From contig JAAOMT010000419.1 of NCBI GenBank assembly GCA_016748015.1, positions 1-64,000 of the forward strand: a stretch of DNA of 64,000 nt, read 5' to 3'. This document shows positions 40,672 to 55,298 of this stretch, one piece after another. Numbering within the stretch: the first letter of the stretch is position 1; every line of letters begins with the position of its first letter. The notes beneath the pieces were generated by a model, which saw nothing but the letters and a program-made list of their open reading frames with translations, searched no databases and had not been told where the DNA came from. A program made the position numbers and the translations under genes. This DNA comes from Geosiphon pyriformis uo1 (taxonomy: Eukaryota > Fungi > Glomeromycota).

Positions 40672-41550
40672 TGTTATTCATAGAAATATAAGAAATATAT
40701 ATTAGCATAGTTATTAGCCAATTAGAAGTAGACGTAGTAAAATGTGGAATTCCAGGATTCCTCTCAGGAATTGCAGAATTCCAGGAATTACAGAATTCTC
40801 ACAAGAAATTGCAGGATTCCAGAATTCCAGAATTCTTCTCAAAAGAATTGCAGGATTCCAGAAATCCCAGAATTCCTGTCGTAAAGAATCAAGGTATTGA
40901 GAAATTTCAATTATGTATATATAGTAGTAGTGTTAAAAACTGAAAAGATAGACTTTTCAGTTTAGATTTAATCTAAGCAACCCTCCAAACCACAATTATC
41001 TAATAAATAACTATTTGTTATCTCAAATCCATTTCCACTATCAATACTTCATGTTGATAGTAATTGACACTTAATCACACTGGAACAATAGCTCTTGATC
41101 ACAGCTATTGATGAAATACTAACTTGCAAATCGCCTTGGCTTATTTTTTTTCTTTTTTTCTTTTATTTTCTTTTCTTTATTTTCTTACTTTAATTTTATT
41201 GTTGTATACTAACTCTATTGAGAATTAATGTGTGGAGCATTGACGTCAGGATAAACATAACTGGTAAAAGATCCAGAAATAAGGGTAGAACACTTGATTG
41301 AGGATAGCTTACCAGGAGGAATACCAGCCATCAAGCTGAGAAAAAAATTGACAAAACTGCGGTTTCGGGAAGCTACAAATAAAACTATCACTATTGAATC
41401 TCTGTTCATTATACAAAGAACTCAACCAAATCCTTCGGATACAAAACCTTCAGATACCAAACCTTCAGATCACTATTAACTGCAACTAGATTTGAGCACC
41501 AAGTTACAGGTTGTTATTTAATCTAACACCAGAAATTGTTACCTGTAACA
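40672..41550 (+). repeat. Gypsy-1 3' LTR
   Basis: TGTTA...TGTAACA, 879 bp, followed by TSD CTGC. Confidence 0.95.
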
Positions 41551-44500
41551 CTGCAAAACAGCTGAAACTAAGTACAAAAATTGTTTATCTGTAATAGTTT
41601 TTTTTAACACCACATTAAAAAAAAACTGAACATTTACATGAACTTGAGCCAAATTAAGCTTAAAAAAATTCTCAAGTATTTGTGTGCTTCACTCCTTTTA
41701 ACAATAAAAATTGGTAAGCTATTAATCAGCAGAAAAGCAGATTTAATACCTTGATTGATTGGAATAGCCACTGTTTTGTTATTATTAATCAAAATGTTAT
41801 TGACTTTAAAAAACTTACTAACAATATTCAAAATGTATTGCATAGAAATCTAACAACTTTTAATTCAAATTGTATTATTAACAAAAGCACCAGCAGCCAA
41901 AAAAAAAGTTCCTCACCAGTTACTTTAATTCTGCCAGATTTCACCACAAACTTAATATTAATTTTGTATCTATACAAGTGTTCATGTCTCTTAATCTTAC
42001 ACAAAAGCAGATCATAGAAGATTCTTTAGAGAAGTGAAGAAAAGACTTTACCTTAATCTAAACCATCATATACTCTATAACTATTCAAAAGTCTAAAATT
42101 TGTTATCACCCTATTAATTCTGTTTTCATAAATGTCACCAAAAAACCTAATAAACTGATTACATTTTGATACAGTACAAGCTAACTTTTAAATAATGCCA
42201 GCTTACTGAATTATAAGCCTTGTACATATCTTGTAATACTAGTTAGAACTTTCTGTTTTTCTTCAAAGTATCTTTTACAACTGACTCAATGGCAAAAATA
42301 GAAGACTGGGTTGAGGTTTTTTTCAACACCAAAAAGTTATCACCACAAAGAACATCAAATTTACTACAAGTTGAAGATATTCAATCAGAAAAAATTTTTG
42401 ATAAGATTTTCTGGGCTGTTTTAATTAAAGCAATAGGCTTAGTGTTTGTTAAAACATCATTTTATTCATAAGATTTAGAGATTATCAACACCTATGCTTT
42501 TTTCCAAAAGGTCAAAACTATACTCAATGCTAAACAAATATTTAGCAGCTTTAAAAAACAAGCCAACACTTTCCTATCATAATGCTTCCAAAGTTTATTA
42601 GAAATTTCAGACAAACCAGCAGCTTTATCATTAGGCAAATTACTAATAGTTAAAGACAATTTTCCTATGTCAATCTTTTTTATTACACAAGAGAAGCCAT
42701 CATTATTCACATAATCTAAAGACATATATTGATAAGACCACAGATTAGGTATCTTTGGGAGCACTGACTGTTTTTTTGCCTATCCTTTCATGATCTTATT
42801 AACCTTAAGCTTTATCATCTTAGGTTCTACTACTATTTCATTGTTCACCACCAGGTGATCCAAAACAATCTTGCAAAATGAGTGTTCTAAAATGCTCTTT
42901 ATTATTTGTCTCTTGTCAGAACAAAAATTTTCTATATGCTGGTCAATAGTCTTCCTAATATTAGCATTTTTAACCACTTTTAACTTATAATACTTAGACT
43001 TTCAATATTTTTTTCTCACTAATGACAAATGCCTAACCAAATTTCTTAAACCAATACTATCTGAAACCATGCTAATAATCTTAGATTCCTCAACACTATC
43101 AATAGATATCCAAACCTAAACAAGATAGTCAAAATTCAGAAGATTTTCAGAATTTTAGTATCTCACAATCTTAGCAATAAGTAGCTTCAACTTATAAAAT
43201 TTTGATAACTGTTTGTTCTTTGAACAATTATATTCACTATACCAGCTCTTAAAAAACACTCCAGTAGCAGCTTGTACCATGACTTCCTTTAACAAATTTC
43301 ACATCATATCTAAGTTACCATTGTTCTTTGCAATCTCAAACATGTTCAATTTGGCCAACAACACAGTGAAAGAACACTCTTTAAAACACAACCACTGAAT
43401 TTCATCAGCATTCTCTAACTTGAACTTCTATCAGTTTTGGTTGGCTTGCTTATAAGCACTGATAAGACAAGCATCCAAGAGTCCACCCAAACCAATTAAA
43501 ACTAAAACTGACTTATGATCTGTATCAAAAAACCTAGACATATTATCAACTCTATGTAATGCAACTGCAAACACTAGATTTCTATTCACAAAGATAAATC
43601 TATAACCCTTTTAATGCTCTTAGAATTGCTCTAAGTAAGAGTTTTGGTCAATACATATCTATTAAAAGTATTAACCAGACCCAAATCTAAGCAAAACTTG
43701 AAACTAACACTCCTTTTGGACCTATTTTCATTAAAGTCACTACCTAAGACCACAAAAAAGCTAAAATTGACTGTTTTAGATATCATAGAGTTGATATCAG
43801 CAGCTTGGCCAAAATGAGTACCAATGGATGCATTAGCATAAAGACCCAAAACTGAAACCAAAAGCTTATTTTTGAACAAAAAACATACAGAGATCAACTA
43901 ACCAGAAACTTTTTCTACTGTAAACATATGACAAGCCAAAAAATTGTTCATAATTATAACAACTCCAGTGCCAAAAAAACCTGCATTCAAACCAGAAGTG
44001 AAAACCTGAATACTATCAAACTTATTCTTGATCCACAGCCTAATATTAGATCTCAATTTCATTTTTGTAACAATTAAAATCATGTTCTCTAATTTTATAT
44101 GCCAATGAACAATATTATTCTGCTTGGCAGGAACATTAATACTCTGAATATTGCACATAACAAATTTCTAAACCAGATCACTTATTGAAAAGTAAAAAAA
44201 GCTAACAAACCTAAACCAGAGCACAAGCAATCTAATCTTTCCAAAACTGATTCAACTAATACTTCCAAAGCCACCAACTTAGATTCCAACTCATCCACCT
44301 TAGTGGTCAAAACCTTAGAACTATTTAAACTAAAGTTAGCAATTGTATCTGCAATGACCAAAAGAAAGGTGGCAAGAGATGTCAACATATTATCCAAAGC
44401 CATATCTGAATCCAAATTAGAAGCCAAAGATGCTGGTACAATCAAAAAAGATACATGGGACTTGGTTGTCAAGAGCACCAATTCAACAATGCTTAATTTT

Positions 44501-46324
44501 TTCAAAATAACAGAAACCTGATCTGCCAAAAAATCCAAAGAGTGTTCCAAAGAAGCCAAATAATCAACTAAACAAAAATTACCAAGAGGATTGGAAACTA
44601 TTAAGATGGGTTTTACACCCAAAGACAAACCAATACTGAAAGAATCCAATAAGATCACATAAAAGGAAAAACCACTAGCAATCTGGATCCAAGTTTTGTT
44701 ACCAAAAGAAACCAGATGAGCAATAAGTGTCTACTTTTTCTTATAAATATTGGCCAAGCAAACACAATTCTGAAAAGTTACCACCTATTTATCACGACCA
44801 CCAGGATTTCCACTCATTGCACAATCAACAAATGTATGACCAAATTGTTTATACTAAGTATAACAGGCCAAAAAAAGACCAGCCCAATGCAAATTCACAC
44901 CCTTAAACACTGGAATAGAGCCAATAGCAGCCAATTTAGATGTCTTATTTTCAAAACACACTATAACACATTTATCACATACATATGAATTTGGATTGTG
45001 ACCAATAATACAAGTTTTCTCATCATAAAAAACCAACAAATCAAATAAATCATAAACAGTAGTGTCAATTAGAAATGTATACAACAATGCCTAATGCTGG
45101 TTCCTGGACACTTATGTTTGTTTGTCACCAATAGCCTTTGCCACATGAACAGAATTTTTTTTCATAAAAACAGATCATTTAGCTGTGACCAAATCAGCTA
45201 CTTCAGATGATTCATATTCTACCAAAGTCTTTTGCCATAAACCAATCAATTGCATTTTGATAGATATAATTTTACCAAACTTAGAAAAAACAGACTTTAC
45301 AACTGATTTGGGAAGATCAACAGGAATCTTTTTGATGATTACTTCCTAATCCAATCAGTTGTTTACTTTCTTAAGATAATTATTAACAAGAATTTTTTTA
45401 CAAACTGCTAATTCCTTTGCCTTATTCAAACTAGTTTTAGATGTAAATAATGATCTAATGATTCCTGGAAATTTTGAGAAAATAGAAGCTCTCCCAAAAT
45501 CATCAATTTGATAGAAAATCTTTTTGATTGCAATTAATTTATTACTATTAGTCTTTTTAAATATTGCTGACAATTCTATATCTAGTGCAAATAATATAGC
45601 AGAATTAAAATTCTTAACTTCCTTATTCTGTGATTCAGCCAATAGAAGAGACTAAGACCCAAAAAACTTAGGTACAAGCAGCATTATTTTAGCATTATTG
45701 TCATTCAAATTCTTGAAAGAAAACATTTTCAGCGACTTATCTAAGACAAATATTCTTGTATGCTTTTTTCTTAGAGTTGTATTGTTCACCATATTATCAG
45801 TCTTAGAAGTATTTGAATTTATGTAATTCATTTTCTCAGCTATCATATTGTTCATGTTTTTGACATTAGATACTCCATTAATACTAGTTTCCTCACTTTC
45901 TACTTCACTACTCCAAAACATCTTGTATTTACTACTAACAGCTTGTAAAATATTGATAGATATAAGTCCAGCTGATGAGTTTACCACAACACCAGTAACA
46001 TTGGATTTCTTTGATTTTTTGTATGCTGAACTACAAAAATAGATATTCTCTATGTATATTTTCTTTTTAGTGCTGGATCTGATTCCTAATCCAGCCAAAA
46101 CAGAACCAGAACTATCAGCAGAAGAGCTCACTAGATTCATAGCAACAAAAGAGGTTGTATTAAAAAAAATAACTACAAAAACTAGAAGAAAAAGAGAAAA
46201 AAAAGTATATTTTTTTTAACAATTTTTAGCTTTCATCATGACCAGGAAATCAACAAAAGAAAAAAGTTTTTTTTTTGTTTTAAATTCTAAAAAATTTTGT
46301 CAAATATATAATTCTATTATGTTT

Positions 46325-49300
46325 TTTTTTTTTTTTACATTTTAATGAGTAAAGTCCAAATACTGCCTAGTGACAATACATCAAAATAATGATCTAAACT
46401 AGGTGTGAATCATGTTTTTCCTACACATAACTAGCCATTCAAGCCAATCAGAACTACACTACACACTCACATGTACAGAAACCAAATTACCTATACCTAA
46501 GAAAAACCAGTAGAAGCTGCGCAGCCCAAAACTAACACCAAATACATCATCAATACCAAGCAGTTTAACTATTCAGACTGTAAACACTTATATGTTACCA
46601 GACACCAAAACAGAAATCAAATCATCATGAGGGATCAGACCATGTTTTTCTATATAAACACAATGCTTGGAATGAACCAGCCAAATATCATTTCTAAAAG
46701 ATAGGCACAAACCACAAACAAACTCAACCACTTTACTAGATGCAATCTTAGAGTTTTCAAAGCAAAAAGTGGCCTCCTAGCACCAATTTATGAGCACAAA
46801 ATCTTTGCACAGTGAGACAACAAGCTCCAAATCAGCCAAACAATTGGATAGCATTTGTGATACATGAAAGAAAGCATGAAATAGACCAGAAACAGTTCTT
46901 CAAGTGGAGACAAAATCAACGAACAACTGGAACCAAGCAGCCGCATCAAATGTACAAAAGAAAACATGATCTGACAACTCAACATTGCCACAATATAAGC
47001 ACACTACACTGGGATAACGTCTATCATAGAAGTGTTTTTGAACAGCAATAGGTAGTCTATAATGTAAAGCTTTCATAAAATAAGAATAGGAGCTAGCCAA
47101 GTGGTGACTTGTGAAGCCAGCAGCCATGTGAGAGTCAGAATGCCAAACAAAGAATAACTTAAACCAATCAATATCTGGAAAAATACAACTGTTCACAATT
47201 TTGGCACCAAAGCCAACCTCCCAGCTTGCACAATAAATAGACTGAAAAATATTATGAACAAAGTGCCTAGAGTTTCCAAAAACAGTATTATCATTAGCCA
47301 AGATAAAACATTCCTTGAGCTGAAGATGAAGAAACCAGCCTGAATGAGAAGAAACACCAGCAAGCAAGTCAGCTCTATTATTACCTGGAACACCTGAGTG
47401 ATCTTTGACTTTATGCCAGCCAATGTTCAAATCCCTGTCACATATGATTCCAGCAATGTGTTGACACTTAATCCAACATTTGTTTCAAAAATCTGGAGCC
47501 AACAATGATAATTCAGATTTACATGCATTAAGTGCAACTTGGCTGTCAGAGAATAGATGGACTGAACTTAAACTAGGCACACACTTAAAAGCCAATGCAA
47601 TGGCCTGAAGCTCTGCTAATATAGAAAAAATCATGCCAAACACCTCCACCCCAAGACCCAAATTAATGTTCTCAAAGAATGCAGCAGCACCAACTTTTAT
47701 ATTCATGCTTCTCAAGCCACAAAAAAAACCATCCATGTACACAGAAAAATCGGAGGCACTAAGGCCAGACAACTGATCATGCACTGATCTAAATTCATGA
47801 GAATTAAGAATGTCTTTTACAGAGATAGCAACCAGAGGGGATGAGCCAACATTAAAAGAACCAGCAACATAAAGATGACAAACAACAACAGCAAACCAAG
47901 CAAAAACAGGGCCACATGGGTCAAGTTTTTTCCACTGCTTGAAAGTTTTCCAATCAAAGACAGCACCATTTTGGTATCAAAGCTGTTCAACAAAAGCTAT
48001 TCCATAATGATGAAGGGAGGGGAAACACCTGAAATACATTGACTCACCAAGTATCTTAAATAAAAAAGTTCCATTCCAGAAGCAAAAAGCATTACAAATA
48101 AGGTTGTCCAAGAATAAACCAGAGTCAAAAAAGACTCAAACCACATCCACCAAGAAGTTGTTCAAAGGATTAACACTAATACAAACTGGAGAACACAAGA
48201 GATGTACTAGATGCCAACTTGAGACCTGCAAGTCATGCGACCTATGCATGAACAACTGGCCCAAAATTCCAACAGAGTTAGCAAAGCACACCACAACAGC
48301 AACCTTGCCTTTGGCCTGGATTTGCTCAAAAGTCTTTAAGCCATAAAACAAAGAGTGGTGTAAGATGTTATTAAAAAAATCCAAAGGAAGACCCAACTTC
48401 AGTTTTAGGCTTTTTCGAATCAAAACATTTCACTTCTGGCACACACTAGCAGAAACAAAGCTAAACTGGGTCCTGTAACCAATAATAGGATGAAAAACCA
48501 TTGAAACCAAATAAGAAAACTGTTTGTCTGTAATTGCTTTTTTCAATACTAAATTGGCAAAAAACCGAACATCAAAATGTGTTTTGGCCAGGCTGGGCTT
48601 AGACAATCCATCAAAAGAGAAAAAAACACCTAAATAACAGTGAGACACCTTCTTTTTAGCAATGAAAATAAGAGCATCACTGATAGATAAAAAAGGCACT
48701 ACCACTCTACAATTAATTGGGATCACTACAGTCTTGTCATTGTTGATCGATATATCACTTAATCTGAAAAATTCACTGGCAATATTAAGAATGTGTTATG
48801 TGGCCACCTGACTAGAATCAATCCATATAGTATTATTGACAAAAGCACTTATAGCAAAAAAGGATGTAAAGCCATTCTGTGGATTTACATGACCAGTCTT
48901 GACAACATAATGTGAGTTCAGCCTATAGTTACACACTGTCTCTTGTCTCTTAACCTCACACAGCAAAGTGTCATAAAAAATTTGCCAAAGAAGAGGTGAA
49001 AACACTTTCCTTTGATCCAAGTCATCACAAACACTATAACCATCAATTAACTCAAAATTAGTCATCACTCTGTTCATGCAGCCATTGTGAATATTCCCAA
49101 AAAATCTTATGAATCTACTGCACATTTTGATTTTAACCAAACTTCTTCTCAAATGTTCCCAGCCAACCAAATTATATGCTTTCCTCATGTCTTGTAAAAC
49201 CAACCAAAATTCATGATTCTTTTCCAAAGCATTCTCAACCACTAAACTAATAGCAAAAATAGGAGACTGTATTGTACCTTTAAGAACCAAAAAATTGTCA

Positions 49301-52300
49301 CCACGAAGAACATTATACTTACTATACACCAAAGAGATTTTGTTAGAGAGAATTTTAGAGAGAATTTTACAGACAGTCTCAATCAGTGCAATAGATCGGG
49401 TATTCGTAAAAATTCCCTTTCAGTCATAAGGTTTAGGAATCATAGACACCCAGGTCTTTTTCTAAGGGCCTGGAACAGCCTCACAAACCAAATAAGAGTT
49501 CAAAAAGACCAAAAGTGAATCCAGAACAGACCTATCACAATGCTTCCATAGCTCATTCGAAATACCAGAAAGGCCAGCAGCTTTATTATTAAACAGATCT
49601 AAAACCACACCAAAAAACTCATCTCAATTGGGTGCATAATATTTAAAAAGGCATCATCAAAGACATACTCCAAGGGTTGAAACTGATGACTTCAGTCATC
49701 CAAAACATCACCAACTACCATATGCTTTCTGGTCCATCCTTCCATAATCCTATTGACGTGAAATTTAACCAAACCAGATTCCAAAATAAGGTCCTCATTC
49801 ACAACCAAATGATCCAATATAACTTTGCGAAATGGTTTCTCAAGTACACTCCTAATAGTCTGGCCTTTATTCAACCCGAAGTTTTCTATTCTTTTGTTAA
49901 TTGTCAGCTTGATCTGAGAATCCCAAGCACATTTTGATTCCATCATCTTAAGTGAATGATAATATTTCTTAATCTTGCCAAAGCTGACCTGATAGCATCA
50001 AAATAAGATCCCAAAAAGAAGAAAGATTTGACAGCAAAAGCATTAACAGAATCCAAAGAGACCTAAACATTCAAAAAGAAAACAAACTTATTCAATAACA
50101 CAGAATGTAAGGCCTTCACCAATTTAGAAACCAAAAGTTCCAATCTATGAAAACAAGAAGAGCACTTGGTATAACCACCATCAAAACCTTTAGACCAGGT
50201 CTTTGAGAAAACTTTATTTGCTGAAAAGCAAATGGCTTTGCAAATAACACACCACATGCCATCCAAATCAGACAAACAGTGAAAATCTGCAAACTCATTG
50301 GAGAACATGGCAAAATTCTCATGAGATGCATTTTTATACCACTCCCATTTAACCTCATCAGCATTTTTGACATTAAACTTCTACTTGTCTCTATTGGTTT
50401 GAACATGAATAGCTTTCAAAACAGGATCTAAAATCCACCAAGACCAATTGTAATTTAAACAAAACTGTGATCAGTATTGAAGAACTTGTCCACATCCACA
50501 ACTTGCCTATTTATTAAAGCATTACTTAAACTCTGTGAAATAAAAACAAAATCAATGGTCCTTTCAATGTCTCTGGAATTACTCCAAGTAGAAGCCTTAA
50601 TGTAGGGACTATTAACTAATGTATTGACTAAACCAAGATCCACACATTTACTAAAGCTAGAGCTACATTTGTTCTCATCCTCATTGAAATTACCACCTAA
50701 TATAACAAAAGTACTCTTATTATAAATCCTGGCTATAAAAGAATTAACAAGACCAGCCTGAATTGTATGCCTATTCCGACAGGCCTCTGCATATAAACCC
50801 AACACAGAGATGGATTGTTTGTTTTTGAATAGTAAATGAACTATTAAGAGCCTACCTGGAATTTCAGAGATTTTTGAAACATGTTTGGCTAAATTTTCAT
50901 TCATGATTAAAGTGACACCTGCACCTAAAAACCCAGCATTCAGACCTGAAGTAAACACTCTTACACCAGGAAACTTATTTGCGATCCAAGGCTTGACACT
51001 AGAGTAAAGCTTAATCTCAGTAACTATTGAAATGTCATTATTCGAAACCATATGCCATCTAATAATGTCTTCTTACTTAGTAGGAACATTCATACTTCTA
51101 ATGTTACAAGTAGCAATTTTCCAGGCTAAACTACTCATTGGGAAAGGGAATGGAGTACCACATTACTGCCAGAACCAAAAGAGTCCAACTTATTCATTAT
51201 TGTTTTAATTGAATTCTCTAGAACCAACAGGCTAGTCTCCAGGCCACTTACTTTCACAGTTAAAACTCAGGAACTACTTAGAGAAATGTCTTGAGCAATG
51301 GCAGTAACCACACCAAACACAAGAGGAATGAATAACAGAGTGTCAACAGCCATATCCAGCACAGGGTTATGCTCGGAAGTGGGCAAAACAACAAAACTTG
51401 CCAATGAAACTGCCAACAACCTGTCCAACTTACGTGAAATATTGGCTACCTGGTCAAACACATTCTCAAACAAATGCTTAAGGACACTAACACACAAAGC
51501 TAGAATTGCAACCTTAGGCGTCAAACCACTGACTGGTCTTATGTTCATATTGGTTTTAATGAACAGTATAGAAGACAAATTTTTTTTTTTAGGAGAGCTG
51601 CTCACCACAGAAGCCCAAGTTGCATCATCAAAGGAGACAGGATGAGACACGGGAGTTTGTTTTTTGGCATAGATGAGCACAAGATGTCTTTTATCCAAAT
51701 TGGAACAAAAAAATCTTTTTTTAAAACCCAGTCCAAAGGTTTTCTCACCACTGCTGCATCCAGAAGAAACATGACCAAAGTTACCACATGCAGTGCATTT
51801 AGGAGATGACAAACCAGCTCAGATGAGGTTGATACTCTTAAACACCAGCATAGAGCAAATGGCAGCCTCTCTGGCTTCTTCAGAGTTAAAGCATATGACA
51901 GCATATCAGGCTCATGCGTAAGATACCGAATTCCTAGAAATACAGCAAGTCTTCTTACCATATAATTGGACCAGATTTGAAAGATCGTGGGCAGTTGTGC
52001 CCATTGGCAGAGTGTATAGGAGAGTGCAATAGCTGTCTCTTAAATCTCACATTTGTTTGTCGGCATTGGCTTTGGCAACCTGCACCAAGTTCTTACCCAG
52101 CAAGATTAACCATTTGGATGCAACCAGATCAGCAATCTGAGAACTCTCAAACTCCACAAGTGCTTTCTGCCAAAGACCAATCAGCTGCATTTTGATTGAA
52201 AAAATTTTTCCATACTTGACCAAAGCTGACTCAATTGCCAATTTGGGCAGATTAACTGGAATTTCCTTGATAATGATTTCCCAATTTGATCATATGCTGA

Positions 52301-53133
52301 TCTTCTTTAGATCAGCATTGACAACAAAATTCTCAGACACAGCCAACTGTTTAGCCAAAGTGAGACTGGATTCAGACATGAAAGATGTCTTAACAATACC
52401 TAGAAATTTTGATGGAATCGATGCACCCCCAAAACCATTAATTTTGTAAAACAGCTCTCTGACACCTTTGAGTTTGTCATGCAAAGTATTTCCAGGAATG
52501 GCCAACAAACCAATGTCGAGTGTGAAAAATTTAGTTGGTTCGAAGCAAAGTCTTTCTTTGACAGAAGTAACTAAACAAAAAGAGGATTCCAAAAGAACAG
52601 GAGAGGGTAAGTCCATGTCGACGTTATTAATGGCAGAGCCAAAGTCACAGGACCCCAAAGATAGAACCTTCACCATATCAGAGTTGAAGCATTTAGTCTT
52701 TGGGGTGTTGGTATGAGAATCCAGTGGCCTATCACTCTCACTGCCAGCACCATAGCCTAAGTCTTTGCCCAACTCGTGTCCCAACTTTTCTTCAGAAGAG
52801 GTATCTATGTTTTCATACTGGCTGGGCTTGTTTATAGATAATTTGAAAGATAAATTAGCTTTGTTGCCTGAGTATTTGACTTTACCAAGCAAAACTTTTG
52901 ATTTTTGCCTCAGATTACTACTCATAGAACTTATAGCGGCATCTCTGGCTGATTTTTTTGTAAACATAATGTTGACAGTGTCAGACACCAAAGGGACAAC
53001 AAAAGGATTGGTGAGTTGAAAAATTGTGAAAACCAAGCAAAAGTAAAAGATGAAAACAGATAAAAAAACAAAAACTTCTTCAAAAATGTGCTATTTTAGG
53101 AATTTGGGACATAGGAGAGAAAGAAGTTTTTCC
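46325..53133 (-). mobile_element. LINE B: full-length degenerate non-LTR retrotransposon with RNase H
   Basis: ORF1 ~53036-51135 with Zn knuckle CTACGNFGHVSSGC. ORF2 51138-46459: APE (IATCNIR, ILGGNFNE, IDFVF, TDH), RT (QDMRKAY, AFVNNT), RNase H (VYMDG..AELQAI..SDSQ..KVKDHSG) and CLYC..H..C finger. Poly-A tail; TSD CTATTATGTTT at 46314 and 53134. Confidence 0.92.
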
Positions 53134-55298
53134 CTATTATGTTTAATTTAAAAAAATTTATTAATAATTAATTTATTTGTTTTATTAAATAACCAACTAA
53201 AATAAAACATTTGTATTTTAATTGCTTATTTTTTTGTAATATTTAATATAATAATCATATTTATTCAGATATATTATTCAATAAAAAAATATTTTGTGAT
53301 CTAATTTTTTTTATTTTTTAATTAAATTAAAGTTTAATAATTAGTGTAATATTAAATCATTTTTTTATTAAATATTTGGTTAATAAACAGTAAACTATAT
53401 TATTGTTAAGCATTTTTAGTAATTTGTAATTTTTTTTAGCTTTTTAAAAAGTTTTATTATTACAAACTATATGTTTTTTTCTTATTTTTTTAAAATAAAA
53501 TAACACTAAAAAAACATCAGAAATATTAATGTACAAGATAAATGGCTTATTAAAGTTGGGTTGTTTTAAAATAAATTTAGTAGTTATTTTTTTTAAAGAT
53601 TTTAAAGCTTTTTGTTAAGAAATATTTTAATAATAATTAATATTTTTTTATAAAAACCAATTAAACAAATATGGAATTTTAAAAAGATTTTTGATAAATT
53701 TTTGATAATAGAAGACTAGTCATTTGGGAATATTTATTAATTATTAAAGCTTTTATACTTTTTTTATTTTGGCTGAATCTAAAAAAATTTTATATTTTAT
53801 TATAAAATACCAATTTTTTTTAGTAATTATTCATTAATATAAAACAAATTAAAAGCAAATATTAATATAATTAACTATTATTAAAAATAATTATAATCTG
53901 GTAAAAAGCTTTAAACAACAAAAAAAAATTAATAAATAAAAAATAGCATATTTATTAACTTATTAAAAAAGCAAAAAACAATATTAAATTCTATTAATTA
54001 TAATTTAATAATATAAAATAAAATAAAATAAATATTTATATTAATAATTCTTGTATTAATATTTATAATATTATTACAAATATCTTTAAAAATTAAAAAA
54101 AATTAAAATATATAATATATAAGTAAATTATTTAAATCTTTTAATATAAAAACTTTTAACTAAGATATTATATAAAATATTAAATATTATAATTTTCTAT
54201 TCAAATAAAATACCAATAATATTTAACATTTTTTGTAATATATAATTTACAAAAAATAAAGTATTATTAATAATCTATTGTTAAAATAACAGAATTAAAA
54301 TATATTAAAACAAATTATTTTTTATTTATTCAAATATTTTATTAAAAAACCTAAAATTGTGTTCTAATTAAATATATGTTAATTTTTTATATTCATAAAT
54401 ACATTAATTATATTTTAAAAAAAAATTTAGATTTAAGTAAATAAAATTTCTGCAAAAATATACAAAAAAAACTTTTTTATTAATTATTAAAGAGACTAAA
54501 ACCAATACTTAATTACAAACTTTACTAAAAACACCAAAAAAATATATTACAATATTTCTGTAAAAAATTACAAGTAAATTTCTTAATAAATTTATTATAT
54601 TATTATATCCTAAAAAATATAATTTAAATTTTATTAAAAACTGTATTATTCTTTAAACCAATAAAGTTTTATTATATTTTTTAAAAAATACAAATTTTTT
54701 TTTGATAAATTTAATTTATAATTATTAATTTTATTATTATTAAAATCGTTTTTATTACTGTTGAATTTCAACATAATTAATTAAAAGCAAAAATAATAAG
54801 AAAAAAATATAAAATACAAGACAAATTAAAAAGCAATTTAGTTTTAAATCTAATTATTCCAAAAATAATTAGACAATTCAAAAATCTAATTCTTATTATA
54901 TTAGCAATTTTTTGTTTTAATCTTAATAATAATATATATAATATCATACTTATATAATATTAAATATAAAAAGTTTTCTAAAAAAAATTATAGTATAAAT
55001 AGATTATTAAAGCTAAAAAAATAATTGTTATTAATAATTAAAATATAACAAAAATCATTTAAGTTTTGTCTTTTTTTTTAATAAAAATTATTATTGATTT
55101 TGCTATTTTTAAAATAGTTTTTTTTTGTTTATTTGTGTTTTTTTACTTTTAATTATAATTATTTTGTTGATAATAATTTTTAAGTCATTGTTTTTATATT
55201 ATTATTAGAATTTAACTTAATTTTATTAATATAATATTTTTTAGAAAATATTAAAGACTAATATTTTAATTTAAGTTGTTAAGCAATTACTATTTGGC

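Larger units (their letters stand above)
31386..41550 (+). mobile_element. Gypsy-1: complete Ty3/Gypsy LTR retrotransposon with dUTPase (inactivated)
   Basis: Two 879-bp LTRs, 4-bp TSD CTGC (31382-31385, 41551-41554), PBS and PPT. Domain order is gag-PR-dUTPase-RT-RH-IN, with numerous nonsense transitions. Confidence 0.96.
29220..46313 (-). mobile_element. LINE A: full-length degenerate non-LTR retrotransposon (ORF1; APE-RT-RNase H-Zn finger ORF2), split by a Gypsy insertion
   Basis: ORF1 ~46140-44182. ORF2 ~44185-41551, resuming at 31385-29350: APE (MCNIQSIN, VLGSDFNE), RT (AFVNNT for AFVDDT), RNase H (IYTDGF..ELQAI). Poly-A tail at ~29220; TSD CT(G/A)TTATGTTT at 29209 and 46314. Confidence 0.9.

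Noticed and set aside
53145-55298. AT-rich relic continuous with 28480-29219
   Set aside because: Probably an old hypermutated element, but it has no identifiable coding motifs or ends.
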